A stretch of DNA of 64,000 nt. Origin: the human T2T-CHM13v2.0 reference genome, Homo sapiens. The notes under the pieces were generated by a model, which had not been told where the DNA came from, did no database searches, and worked only from the letters and a program-made list of their open reading frames with translations. The DNA is taken from assembly GCF_009914755.1 (NCBI RefSeq), contig NC_060931.1; one strand, 5' to 3'. This document shows, in pieces, positions 39,462 through 53,880 of the stretch (within the stretch, counting starts at the first letter, position 1; each line of letters starts with the position of its first letter). A program made the position numbers and the translations under genes.

Positions 39462-41452
39462 CTACAGATCCAATTGGGAAGAAGTGACATCTTGACAGTA
39501 TTGATTCCCTCTATTCATGAACATGGAACACCTTTTCATTTATCTAGTTATTTAATTTATTTCAATAAAGTGTTGTAGTTTTCCTCATATAGATCTTGCA
39601 CATATTTTGTTAGATTTACACATAAGTATTTTATTTCTAGAGGTGATAATGTAAATGGTATCCTGTGTTTGATTTCAAATTCCACTTGTTCATTGTTGAT
39701 ATATAGGAAAGTGGTTCACTTTGTATATTAACTTTGTGTCCTGCAACCTTGCTATAATTGCTTATTAGTTCTAGAATTTTTTTTTTTTTTTGCCGATTCT
39801 TTTGGATTTTCCACATAGACAATCATGTCACCTGAGAACAAAGTTAGTTTTATTTCTTTCTTCTCAACCAGTAGACTTTTTATTTCCTCTCCCTCTTATT
39901 GCATTAGCTAGGACTTTCAGTACAATGTTGAAAAGAGTGGTGAGAGAAGCATCCTTGCCTTGTTCCTCATACTAGTGGGAAAGCTTCTAGTTCTCAGCAT
40001 GAAGTATGATGTTCATTGTAGTCTTTTTGTAGATATTCTTTATCCAGTTGAGAAAGTTTCTCTCTAGTTATTTCTAGTTTACTGAGAGTTTTTTTTAAAT
40101 CACAAATGAATATTGGATTTTGTTAAATGCTTTTTCTGTGTCTATTAATATAATCATGAGATTTTTCTTTTTGAGCCTGTTGATACGATGGATTACAATA
40201 TTTGATTTTTGAATGTTGAACCAGTCTTGTATATTTAGGATAAATCTCACTAGTTGTAGCGTATAATTCTTTTTAAACATTTTTTATTTGATTTGCTAAT
40301 ATTTTGCCGAGGATTTTCCAATCTATATTCATGAGAGATATTGGTCTGTAGTTTTCTTTTCTTGTAATGTCTTTGTCTGGTTTTGGTATTAGGATGATGC
40401 TGACCTCATAGAATGAGTTAGGAAGTATTCTCTTAGCTTCTATCTTCTGAAATAGATTATAGAGACTTGGTATACCTTCTTTCCCAAATATTTGGTAGAA
40501 TCTACCAGTGAATCTATCAGGGCTTCGTGTTTTTTGTTTTGGTAGATTATTAAATATTGATCCAATTTCTTTAATAGATATAGGCCTATTCAGATTGTCT
40601 ATTTCTTCTTGTGTGTTTTGGCAGTTTGCGTCTTTCAAGGAATTGGCCCATTTCCTCTAGACTATCAAATTTGTGGGCATAGAATTATTCATAATATTTC
40701 TTGATTATCTTTTTAATATCTGTGGGATTTGTAGTGATGTCTTCTCTTTCAGTTCTGATATCAGTAGTTTGTGTTATCCCTCTTTTCCTTAGTTAGGCTG
40801 GCTAGAGGCTTATCAATTTTACTGATATTTTCAAAAAATCTAGCTTTTGGTTTAATTTTCTATTAATTTTCTATTTCTATATTAAATTTCTATTGATTTC
40901 CTATGGTCAATTTCCTTGTTTTCTGCTCAGATTTTTATTATTTATCTTGTGTTTACTTTGGATTTACTTTGCTCTTCATTTTCTAGTTTCTTAAGGTAGA
41001 AGCTTAGATGACTCATTTTAGGTTTTTATGTTTTTCTAATATAGTCATTCAATGCTACAAATTTCTGTTTAAGCACTGCTTTCACTTCATCACACGAATT
41101 TTGATAAGTTTTATTTTCAATTTTATTTAGTTCAAAATACCTTAAAATTTCTTTTGAGATTTCTTCTTAGGTTCATATGTTATTTAGAAGTGTTTAATCT
41201 CCATGTATTTTGTGATTTCTAGTTCTCTTTCTTTTACTGATTTCTAGTTTAATACCAATGTTATCTGACAGCAGACATTATATAATTTCTATTCTTTTAA
41301 ATTAAAATGTGTTTTATGTCTCAGAATGTAATGTATCTTGGTGAATGTTTCATGTGAACTTGAGAAGAATGTGTATTCTGCTGTTGTTGGATAAAACAGT
41401 CCTTAAATGTCAATTATATCTGGTTGATTGATAGTGTTGTTGAGTTCAACTA

Positions 41453-41944
41453 CAGTAGTCCCCCCTTATCTGAAGTTTTAATCTCCATGGTTTCAGTTAT
41501 TTGTGGTCAACTGTAGTCCAAAAGTATTAAATAAAAAACTCCAGAAAGAAACAACTCATAAATTTTAAATTGCATGCTGTTTTCAGTAGTGTGATGAAAT
41601 CTTGCACCATCCCACTCCATCTCACCTGGGATGTGAATTGTTCCTTTGTTCAGCATACCCATGCTGTATACACTATCTACTTGTCAGTCACTCAGTAGCC
41701 TTCTCAGTTACCGGATTGATTGTCACCATCTCACAGTGCTTATGTTCAAGTAACCCTTATTTTACTTGATAACAGCCCCAAGGCACAAGGGTACTGTGCC
41801 TAATTTATAAATTAAACTTTGTCATAGATATGGGTGTATAGGAAAAAACATAGTATATATAGGATTTGGTAACTTTTATCCATGGTTTCAGGCATCCACT
41901 GGTGGTCTTGGAACATATTTCTCACAGATAAGGGAAGATTACCA
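41453..41944 (+). mobile_element. MER44-like (Tigger) DNA transposon nested in L1
   Basis: cagtagtccccccttatc...gataagggaagattacca TIRs flanked by TA. Confidence 0.8.
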
Positions 41945-42829
41945 TATGTCTTTACTGATTTTCTGTTGGCTGGATCTGTCCGTTTCTGATAGAGGGATGT
42001 TGAAGTCTCCAACTACAATAATAGATTCATCTATTTATCCTTGCAGTTCCATCAGTTTTTGCCTCCCATATTTTGATGCTCTGTTTTTGGTGCATACATA
42101 TTAAGAATTTTTGTCTTATTGGAGAACTGACCACTTTATCATTATGTAACTCTTATCCCTTTATCCCTGATAACTTTCCTCACTTTGAAGTATGTTCTGT
42201 TTCAAATTAACATGGCTGCTCTTTCTTTTGATTAATGCTAGCATGGTATAGCTTTCTCTATCTCCTTTTAATCTATATTTATCTTTATATTTAAAGTGAG
42301 TTTCTTGCTAGACAGCATATAATTGAGTCTAATTTTTTGATCCACTCTGACAATTTCTGTTTCTTAGTTGGTGCATTTAAACCATTGACAGTCAAAATGA
42401 TTATTGATATAGTTAATACCTACCATATTTGTTACTGTTTTTTATTTGTTACCGTTGTTCTTTGTTTTTATTTTTGTTTTCTACTCTTTTTCATTTCTCC
42501 CCTGCTCCCTCACTCCTACCATCAGAAACATGAGAGGTTTTTGTGTGTGTGTGTGTGTCTCTAATAACTACTATGAGAAATCAGTTGAACTCTTGGAGGT
42601 AAAACTCACAAAAGAGTGGGTGGGCACACCCCTATGACTTGGTTCCCCTGGAATTTTTAACACAGTCTTGTCTACGTCTAGCTCCAGCAATTTGTCTATT
42701 ACAGTACAGATTATCTTTCTTTAATGCTGGCTCCTGTGGCAATTTTTGCCCTGAAAAGTTGTGATTCTCTGTATCCACCTGTTTCTCCCCACTTTCGGAG
42801 GCAGCTGCTTGCCCAATAATCTTACTTCT

Positions 42830-43134
42830 TTTGTTGTTTGTTTGATTTCTTGGAGGCAGAGTCTCCCCCTGTCACCCAGGCTGTAGTGCAATGGCGCTAT
42901 CTCAGCTCACTGCAACCTTCGCCTCCTGGGTTCAAGTGATTCTAATGCCTCAGGTTCTAGAGTAGCTGGGATTAGAGAGGTGCACCGCCACCCCCGGCTA
43001 ATTTTTGTATTTCTAGTAGAGACGGGGTTTCACTATGTTGGCCAAAGTGGTCTTAAACTCCTGGACTCAAGTGATCCACCTGCCTTGGCCTCCCAAAGTG
43101 TTGGGATTACAGGCGTGAGCCATCACACCCAGCC
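42830..43134 (-). mobile_element. AluS/J
   Basis: Full Alu; TSD ATCTTACTTCT. Confidence 0.93.
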
Positions 43135-43725
43135 CTGATCTTACTTCTCTTAAAGATCTATGAAGTATTGTTGGTTTTTCAGTTTGTTCAGCTTTTTAAC
43201 CTGCTGTTAGAACAGAGTGGTGACTTTCAAACTTCATAATGTTGAACCTATCACATTTTCATTTACTTCCTTTTACTACCTTTACAGCTATAGAAGTGTA
43301 CAGAGTGCAGCATGCAGGAAGGGCAGGGCTTCAACACTTTGGCATAGCCAGCTAATTGATTGCTTGAATTAGAATCATGGTAGAATTACAGTCGATGATG
43401 ATGACCATCGTTATCATCATAAATCTAAAGAGGAGCAAGGATGACCACATGGCAGAGTAACAGAGCCTGTGGCAGGGTTAGGGGAATAGAGCCTTTTTCA
43501 CTTGAAAGTGCTCATATTTAGACCTGTGACATTACTTTCAAAGGAGGTTTTATATACAAATTGTAGTCACAGAGATCCCCCAGCAGAACTGGAAGATCTT
43601 CTTCATATAACTTAATACTTTTATCTTGTTTCTAGGTCACATCCTTTATAGTGTACTAGAATTTAATTATTTCTATAAATCTTGTAATTATCTTGGGAAT
43701 AACAGAATTATATTCCCCCCCCACC

Positions 43726-44020
43726 TTTTTTTTTTTTTTTTTTTAATTTAAATGGAGTCTTTCTCTGTTGCCCAGGCTGGAGTGCAGTGGCATGATTTTG
43801 GCTCATTGCAACCTCCACCTCCTGGGTTCAAGTGATTCTTCTGCCTCAGCCTCCTGAGTAGCTGAGATTACAGGCACTCACCACCATGCCTGGCTAATTT
43901 TTATAGTTTTAGTAAAGATGGGGTTTCACCATGTTGGTTAGGTTGATCTCAAACTCCTGACCTCAAGTGATCCACCCGCCTCAGCCTCCCAAAGTGCTGG
44001 GATTACAGGCATGAGTCACA
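43726..44020 (-). mobile_element. AluS
   Basis: Poly-T followed by Alu body. Confidence 0.93.
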
Positions 44021-44673
44021 GAGTGCAGTGGCTCTGCCCTGTATTTTTAATGCCTCTCCCAAAGCCATTAATTACATCTAAGGTATACCATAATTGTTAT
44101 CAATTCTGTTTTGCATTTTTTTCTTAAAACTGTTAGTAGTTTATGCCTGTCCTGATCTCAGAGAGCTCCTGGGCTTAGGACATAAGAATTTGTGATTTAG
44201 AGAGAAGCATAAATAGATACCAGAAAGCAACACAGCCAGACAGAGACCAGAGTCAGGCTTGCTACAGGAATGGAGAGAGCAATGGCGGTCTGAGACACAC
44301 AGAGGGGACCCAGCTGTGTCACTGGCTGGGATTGAGCTGCCCCCTGAAGTAGCTCCTCCCTGCATGACTCAGGTTCTTAGGGGAACCCCTGAGTTCTCAG
44401 GTATCCTTTTTTTGTTTTTTTTTTTTTAACATCTTGTGGCTCTGCCTGTAGGAAGGAAATGTAATTGCTGCACAATTAGTCCATGAATTATTGAGAACTG
44501 AGTGGTGTGAAATAATAAGGAAGGATGCCCTTTGGGTTAGAAAATACATTTAATATTGGAAGACTGATATTCAAGTAAAACTAAATCATGAGGTTGTCAT
44601 TTTCAGGCTCTCCATCAATCTCGAGCTGTGTCTGATGGCTTAAAACAAGCTGTATGAAGAACATGCCCAATGA

Positions 44674-45123
<450 letters not shown>

Positions 45124-45889
45124 CGCTGGTCCCATTCTTTCTCCATACCTATGCCCGCTTGTCTCTTGTACAGTTCACATGCTGTACAGTTTGCATCTGC
45201 AGTGATGCAGTGTCTGTCCTTTCTCTGATCCTTGTGCTTCACTGGTTCTCACACTCACCACTCTATAGCCAGGTACAGAAGAGCAAGTTGTGTCTGAATT
45301 ACCCAGGCCACTTCTCGGTAACTCCCAGCACACTGCTGTTGGGAGCTGCTCTCTGGCACCCCCTTTTGGACATTTGCATGTATTGCCCCCTTTGAGTTCT
45401 GGGACTTTTCAGCTTGCTGATCTGGTTCCCTGATCTAGGCTCCTACTAGGTGTATAAATAGATTCATCAAATAGACGAAAAGGGTTTCTTTTTTTTACTG
45501 TTTTCATACTTTTAAAAGGCTTTCTTCACAGCAATCTAGTCATGGCTCATCTGTAATCATACTTTTTTTAAAAAAATTTATTAATTCAACAAACACTTAT
45601 TGAAGACTTTCCATGCTTAAGTATTACACCTGGGCCTGGAGATACAAAGCTCTCTCCTTTTCCCCCCAACTCTTCCTACCTCTTTTTCTTACTTTCTTTT
45701 TTACTTTCATAAACATATAGTCAGTATTTTGCTAAGTACCTGCAGATAGATGCAAAGATGAATAAAATGTAGTCCTAGCCCTCAAACTGTTTTCCATCTA
45801 GATAGCAGCTTAGAAAAGTAAATGGATAATTCAGTTACAAACAGCTGTGGTAAATGCCATGCTACGGGCTTGCACAGGGTATTAGGAAA

Positions 45890-46034
45890 ATGCGTGCATG
45901 CTCATGAATGTACATGTCTGTATGAGTGTGCATGTGCTCATGCGTGTGTGTGTATGTGTGTGTGCGTGTGTGCATCTGTGTGTGTGCACGTGTTTGTGTG
46001 TGTGTGTGTGTGTGTGCCTGTTTGCCTGTGTGTA
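45890..46034 (+). repeat. Imperfect (TG)n microsatellite within an L2 remnant
   Basis: Long TG-rich run. Confidence 0.9.
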
Positions 46035-46711
46035 TAGGAGTGGGTTCATAAGATTTGTTTGGGGTAGAGGTAGGGGGTAGAGGTTTTGGATGTGCCAAGC
46101 TGAGTGAACATCTCGTACAAAGATCCTGAGGCAGAAACCTCCTGGTGTGTGGGGAGACTACAAGTGGTTTGAAGTGTAGTGTGCTATGGAGTGGCAAGGG
46201 GTGAGTCTGGAAATGCCCTCAGAAACCAGTTCCTGATGAGCCTTGTGTATGGGGCTAGGAGTCCTCCAGAGGATGTGAAGACTTCGAATAATTTTACGTT
46301 AAGGGAGTACCATAGTTAGGTTTGCATTAAAACATACTAGTCTAGCTATAATGTAGATTATGAAATTGCAGGGCAATGGGCAAGTTTGTAGGCCTGGAGT
46401 CCTGTTAGGAGGCAGTGGCAATAATAGTGGCACTAGCTAAGAATAAAGGGTCCCTGCCTTCCAAACACAGCCCAGGGGTTATGAAAAATTGTTTGCCACA
46501 ACAGAGCGAGATCGCTATTAAGAGAGGCAGATGCACAGTATGACAGATTACTGATGACCTCCCTGCCTGTATGATTTTAAGTTCCTTCTGTCTTTAAAAT
46601 GTTGTAGACTCTAGGCTACCCTGTTGTAGAGGGGGGATGCTGTCTTGTGAACATCTCTGCTGTAAGGCTAATGGCCCCTTGAAGAGGAATCATGTAAGGA
46701 TGTTCCTAGGA

Positions 46712-47140
46712 ACCAACCCAAATGCCCATCAATGATAGACTGCATAAAGAAAATGTGGCACATATACACCATGGAATACTATGAAGCCATAAAAAGGATG
46801 AGTGCTCGTCCTTTGCAGGACACGGATGAAGCTGGAAACCATCATTCTCAGTAAACTATCACAAGATCAGAAAACCAAACACCACATGTTCTCACTCATA
46901 AGTGGGAGTTGAACAATGCGAACACATGGACACAGGGAGGGGAACATCACACACCAGAGCCTGTCAGAAGGTGGGGGAAAGGGGAGGGAGAGCATTAGGA
47001 CAAATACCTAATGAATGTGGGGCTTAAAACCCAGATGACGGGTTGATAGGTGCAGCAAACCACCATGGCACATGTAAACCTATGTAACAAACCTGCATGT
47101 TCAGCACATGTATCCCAGAACTTAAAGTTAAAAAAAAATA
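46712..47140 (+). mobile_element. 5'-truncated L1PA (L1PA8-10-like) 3' end
   Basis: L1PA 3' UTR plus A-tail; TSD ATGTTCCTAGGA (46700-46711, 47143-47154). Confidence 0.92.
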
Positions 47141-47604
47141 GAATGTTCCTAGGAGTACTGTTCACAAGAGTTAAAACCAGAAAGCAATTAAACATATAAT
47201 TTATGTATAATAAATTATAAAATGTTTATAATAACATGTATTATATGATAATGAATGATTTATATTTGTATATTTTATACATAATAAAACTATAGAAAAA
47301 CCTCCATAATTTTTTTTATAGAAAGCAGAAGAAGGATGAACACGGAATTTAGGATGATGCTCACTTGGGTGGGAAAAGCCTGAGAATAAAGGGGAGGGAC
47401 CATAGGAGCAGAGAAAGTTATGGTCAAGGTCCTAGACTGTTTTGGGTGGTGGGTTCAGGAGCTTATTTCAGTATTCAAAGTAACTAAATAAGAATATAAA
47501 AAGTGTAAGACAGCCATGTATGGATCATTGATGAGAGACTGCCATGAACTGAGAAACAGGGCTTATTTGATTCAGTGCCCTGAGCTCAAAAAAAGAAAAA
47601 TAGT

Positions 47605-47900
47605 AGCTGGGCCTGGTGGCTCATATCTGTAATTCCAGCACTTTGAGAGGCCAAGGTGGGTGGATCATGAGGTCAAGAGTTTGAGACTATCCTGGCCAAC
47701 ATGGTGAAACCCCATCTCTACTAAGAATACAAAAATTAGCCGGTGTGGTGGCACATGCCCGTAATCCCAGCCTCTTAGGCTAAGGCAGGAGAATTGCTTG
47801 AACCTGGGAGGTGGAGGTTGCAGTGAGCCGAGATCACACCACTGCCCTCCAGCCTGGGCTACAGAGCAAGACTCTGTCTCAGGAAAAGAAAAAAGGAAAA
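47605..47900 (+). mobile_element. AluS
   Basis: Dimeric Alu with A-rich tail. Confidence 0.92.
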
Positions 47901-48286
47901 AAAGAAAAACAGTAAAAGAAAAAGCAGACTGTGATAATGCGAGGAGCAAGGGCTGGGAGTAGGGAGGCGGAGAGAAGCCAGGAAACCAGCTAAGTGGGGA
48001 GAGAAGATGTGGCCTGGGAATCCAGGGAGGCGGAGAGGGCTCAGGAGAAAGGTTCAATCACCCAAGTACAGGTTACCACACTGTAATTCAAGGGGAGCCT
48101 TTGCGTAGAGTGACGAAGGATCCAAATTAGGTTCCAATTTTCCACTATTACTAAGAGCTGGAATAACACCTCGAGCCCTGTCCAGAAAGCGCATCATGCT
48201 GAACACAGAGCCTCCCACCTCCCAGTTTTCTTGTTCCTCCCATGTCCCAGCAATGGAATCAGAGTTATGTGTCATGGCATACTCAC

Positions 48287-48353
48287 AGTTTTATGATGTC
48301 TGATCCAAACTTGTCAATGACTAAATAGCAGGTGGTTTTCAAGAACAGTTTTT
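48287..48353 (-). CDS. AOAH: AOAH exon 3 (67 nt): EKLFLKTTCYLVIDKFGSDIIK(L)
   Basis: Pyrimidine-rich acceptor ending ...tttttag, donor gtgagt; phase 1-2. Confidence 0.96.
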
Positions 48354-49280
48354 CTAAAAAATATAAAGAGGGAAATTGAATATATTTTTATTGCGACGAA
48401 TTTAACACACCTTAATAATGATTATCTTTGCTAGGAACTGAAGCTGAGTGATTAATTTATGATTAATTTAATTTTAAGGATTTGAAGGAAATGTTTCAGC
48501 TAATGTATGCATTAAATATCACTTCTATCTCAGGTTTATGTGAATGCCACCTAACCGTCCAGGTTAAAGATAACCAATTTATTCTAAAAACACAGTTTAA
48601 TGCTGGGTTTTCCTTTTCGTTCATTCTTTCTTTCTTTTTTTTCTACAGGGAATACCTGAATGTTGGCTATGACCTCATTTGTTGAAGTTGAAAGAAATGA
48701 GACTTGCATTAGTCAATCATCTGAAATGTAGCTCTGTTAGAAATGGTCTTTTCTGGTGTTTATTCAAAGGAAAATACTTCACTTGGGGTCCTTAGTTTTT
48801 GCTGTTGTTATCCCAGAGGTAAAAGGAGATGACAGTTACAGGTGATCCTGCACTGCCACCTTCATCACAGGACATAGATACACTCCACACAAATACTCCT
48901 ACTAACAACATAATCTCCCCTGACCTATGAGAGCACATGAATGTTTTGTGAGTTCCTCTATCCACCCAATGAAACTTGTTAGCTCTTTGGTCCTGTTTCT
49001 CCAGTTTGTGAGTCTATTGTGGAGCCCTGGTAATTCAACTCAGGATCTTAGCAGAGTTAGGGACAGATCAGCTGTCCTGGAAAGAGCTAGAAAACCCTGA
49101 TTAAGGAGAATCTATCTTGTCATGATGTGTCTCACATAGGGGGGCCCGGGCCTTGCTGGATGATGGAGTGGTGAAACAAGATAAATATGGGAATGCTCCC
49201 TGGTACTTCAATTTTGCTTAATGTTAAATAATGTGAAATATTATTTTTGTATTAAAATAGATCTATTCTATGACTTTTTA

Positions 49281-49654
<374 letters not shown>

Positions 49655-49659
49655 TCACA

Positions 49660-52480
49660 TTATGAGTGACCTTAAAGAAATAAAAAGGATTATAATGGAA
49701 TGTTATGAACAGGTGCATGGCAATAAATTAGGTAACTTAGATAAAATAAAAAATTCTTAGAAAGACACATAATGCCCAAATGGACTCAAGAATAGACAAT
49801 TTTAAGAAACATATAACAAGTAAAGAGATTGAATTAGTAATTAAAAACTTCCCACAAAGGAAAGCCTAAGACCAGCTAGCTGCACCAGATAGGATTCATT
49901 GGCAAATCTACAAAAAAGTTAAAGAATTACTAACAATTTATCAAGAATTCTTCCAAAAAATGGAAGCAGAGTGACCATTTCTTAACTTATTTATGAGGTT
50001 AATATTACCCTGATACTAAAACCAGAAACCTTCCTCCGAAAGAATGTAGACCCAAATCTCTCATGAATATAACCACAAAGATCCTCAACAAAATACTAGC
50101 AAATAAGATCCAGCAATACAGAAATTATACACCATGATCAGGTGGGATTTATCCCAGGAATGCAAAATTGGGTTAACATCTGAAAATCAGTTAATGTATT
50201 ACTCCCATATCAACAACATAAAAAAAACCATATGATTATCCAATATAGGCAGAAGATATTTGACAAAATATAACACTGCTTCATGATTTTATTAGGAATA
50301 AAAGGGAGTGTCCTCAACCTAATAAAGGTTATCTACAAAAAACCTGACAACTTACATGATATTTAGTGGTGAAAAATTAAATACTGTCCCCTCACTATCA
50401 GGAAAATATAAGAATATCTGCAGTCACTACTTTTATTCAACGTTATAAGTTCTAGCCAGGAGAATGAGGCAAGAAAAAGAAATAAAAAGCATTCAGATTG
50501 GAAAGTAAAGATGTAAGACTATCTTGTGGCTGATATGATCTTCCATGTAGAAAATCCTAAGGAATCTATTAAAAACTATAAGAACAAATAAATAAGTTCA
50601 GTAAAGCTGCAGGATACAAGATCAATATGCAAAACCAATTGTATTTCTATGTAGCAGAAGTGAGCAAATAAAAACTGAAATTAAGGAAAACAATTCCATT
50701 TACAGTAGCATCAAAAAGAACTAAATTCTTAGGAACAAACTTAACCAAAAAAAGTGCAAAATATATACTCTGAAAACTACATTGTTAAAAGAAGTTAAAG
50801 TAGACCTAAATAAATGGAAAGACATTCCATATTCATGAATTGGCAGACTTAATATTGTTAAGAGGGCAATTCTTCCCAAACTGATCCACAGATTCAATGC
50901 CATCTCTACCAAAAACCTAGCTAACTTCTTTGCAGAAACTGAGCAGCAGATCCTAACATTCATACGAAAAGTCAAGCGACTCAGAACACCAAAACAATAT
51001 TGAAAGAGAAGAACAAGTTGGAGGACTGACATTGGGAAACAATTTCAAAGCTAGACAGCTACTGTAATCAAGATAGCATGGTATTAACATAAAGACAGAC
51101 ATATGGATCAATGAAATAGAATCAATAGTTCAGAAACAAACCCTAACATTTAGTCAAAAGTGCAAAGACCATTTCATTGGAGGAATTTAACAAATGGTGC
51201 TGGGACAACTGGACAGCCACAGGCAAAAGAATGAATTTGGACACTTACTTCACACTATATACAAAAATTAACCCAAAACGGGTCAAAGACCTAAATGTAA
51301 GAGTGAAAACCGTAAAATTCATACAAGGAAACACTGGCATAAATCTTACTGACTTTGGGTTAGGCAACGTTTTCTTAGATATGACACCAAAAGCACAAGC
51401 AAAAGAAGAAAAAAAAAACAGAGAAACTTGACTTCATTAAAATAACAATAAGTTTTGCACTTCATAGAACACCAACAGAAAGTAAAAAGACAGCCCACAG
51501 AATGGGAGAAAATTTTTGCCAATCATATATCAAATGACCTATCACAGTGCTAGAATATATAAAGGACTATTACAACTCAATAATAAAAAGACAAATAGTC
51601 CAATTAAAATATGTACAAAGAATCTGAATAGACAGTTTTCCAAAGAAGATATACCAATGTCCAAAAGCCACATGAAAAGATACTCAACATCATTAGCTAC
51701 CAAGGAAATGCAATTCAAAGCCAAAATGAGATACAACTTCATGTCCACTATAATGTGCTATAATAAAAGAGAGAATAATATGTGTTGGTGAGGATGTGGA
51801 GAAATCAAAAGCTTGTACAATGCTGATGGCAATGTAAACTCGTGCAGCCAGTTTGTAACCAGCCTACCAGCTCCTCAGACTGTTTAACATAGAGTTACTA
51901 TGTGATCCAGCAATATGATCCAGTTTATATATGATCCAGCAATGTGATCCAGTTTATATATATATATAAACATATGTCCACACAGAAATGTGTACACAAA
52001 TATTTATAGCAGCATTTTGCATAATAGCCAAGAAATGTAAACTCCTCAAATACCTATCAGCTAATAGATCAACAAACGTGGTATACCTATACGATGCAAT
52101 ATTATTCAGCCGTAAAAAGTAATAAAGTTATAATACATGCTACAACATAGTGAATCTCTAAAACACTATGCTAAGGGAAAGAAATCAGTCACACAAGACC
52201 AGATATTGTATGATTCCATTTATATGAAATGCCCAAAACAGGCAAAGTCATAGACACAGAAAGTAGATTAGTGGTTTCTTAGGGCTGGAAAGAGTGGGTG
52301 TTTGGGGGCGGATGCTAAAAGGCATGTAGTTTCTTTCTGGTGTAATGAAAATGTTCTAAAATTGATTGTGGTGACTGATGAACACGCAACTCTATGACTG
52401 TACTGAAAGTCACTAAATTGTACACTTTAAATGAGTGAACTGTACAGTATGTGAATTGTAGCTTAATAAAAGTGTTTAAA
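49660..52480 (+). mobile_element. L1MB7/8-like element (ORF2 remnant and 3' UTR)
   Basis: ORF2 remnant FNKWCWDNWTATGKRMNLDTYFTLYTKIN; L1MB-type 3' end ...aattgtacactttaaatgagtgaactg. Confidence 0.88.
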
Positions 52481-52891
52481 TACAGATTCCCTCTCCCTTG
52501 GGATCCTTTTTAGGGGTGCTACTGTGGAGAGGGTCAAGAAGCTCTGATGTCACAGTATACTCAGAGACCTGCATTTCATTCAGTACCAGCCCACTGGCTT
52601 CTGGCCTTGGAGAAATTGCCTCCCCTTTCTGGACTTCCATTTCCTCATCTGAAAAATGTGGGTGTAGGATTTGGTCTCTATCACTATAATGTCTGCTAAG
52701 TTTGGGGACTTTTGTAAGAGATATTCCAAATTAAATGAAGGAGCTTTGGAAAAAAGTTAAAAGTACTGCTAATGCAGAACTGGCTTAGCCTAGAGCAGAG
52801 CAATTTAAAAATGGACATTAGGGTGTTCTTTGATAAAGTTCTAATACTGGCTGAAAGGCAGAGAAAATTCATCTTCTTTCTGGTAAGATAA

Positions 52892-52894
<3 letters not shown>

Positions 52895-52931
<37 letters not shown>

Positions 52932-52952
52932 CGCGCGCGCGCGTGCGCGCGT
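52895..52952. repeat. (GT)14(GC)10GT(GC)3GT compound microsatellite
   Basis: 58 bp of uninterrupted alternating purine-pyrimidine. Confidence 0.95.
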
Positions 52953-53535
52953 TAGAATTCTGTTTAGCTCAAGTCAAAGAGGATGGCTGCAGGTTCCTTC
53001 CTCCCTGAGCAGAACCATTTGAATAGTTTCCGGTAGTCTTCTGTCATTGTTAGCTTGAGAGGCCCCTGGAGCAATGGCTGATATGGGACAGGAAATGCTC
53101 TCTGAGAGCTAAATTCTGAGAGCAATCCGTAAGGGTACAAAGCAGAAATATGCAAAATCTCCAGAAAGAGCCAGCTATCCCCAGTCAGCCATGATCAGAT
53201 GGTAACCTGATTGTTACTGATACACCTGAAGAAAAATTTGGCATTTACATATTGACAGTAGCTTAGCTAAAGTAAAAATTATACTGTTAAACTCTGCCTG
53301 TGACAAGGATCATACAAGAGTATTTAATTTCTACAGATTAAAAGAGACTTGGAACAGCATAGGAAAAAAGAAAATGTGGCTATTCCAAAGGACAAAATAA
53401 AGTTAAAATAAGACCAATTAAGTAGTTATCATACATTGGGTGTATACAGATGTATGTGTAAATAAAACATAGGACATTCCAATTTGTAAGTTACCTTCAT
53501 GTTTACCATCACTTCCTTTCTCATAAGAATCTTTT

Positions 53536-53675
53536 CTAGTTCTAGATCCCTGAGGAATCACCACACTGTCTTCCACAATGGTTGAACTAGTTTACATGTA
53601 CCTTAGAACTTAAAGTACAATAAATATATATATAAAAAATAAAAATAAAAAAAAGTATTGAGGCCTCAAAAAAAA
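53536..53675 (+). mobile_element. Very short L1PA insertion with 5' inversion and mini 3' transduction
   Basis: TSD AAGAATCTTTT at 53525-53535 and 53676-53686; inverted L1 segment, L1 terminus, A-tail, GTATTGAGGCCTC, second A-tail. Confidence 0.85.
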
Positions 53676-53880
53676 AAGAATCTTTTGAGGGGGTAATTAT
53701 TTTTATCCTCATTCTATAGACAAGAACATTAAGACTTAGAGAGCTTAAGATCACAACATAGCAAGTGGTTCAGCTGAGATTAAAATACTCCAAAAGGTCT
53801 TGTTATTTGTAGTATACATTTCAATGTGCTTAGGACATTTTATTTGATGCCTTATCTACCTCAAGTATAGCAGATATTGT

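Larger units (their letters stand above)
37490..43250 (-). mobile_element. L1MC1-like element (3' UTR, ORF2 remnants and 5' region) with nested MSTA, MER44 and Alu
   Basis: 3' end gagcagttttaggtttacag...; ORF2 fragments [16 protein letters not shown]...[35 protein letters not shown] (40273..40638). Confidence 0.88.

Noticed and set aside
40095-40638. ORFs with reverse-transcriptase-like peptides
   Set aside because: Frameshifted remnants of L1MC ORF2, not a functional gene.
50721-51791. ORFs of 68-103 aa
   Set aside because: Decayed L1MB ORF2, sense and antisense.
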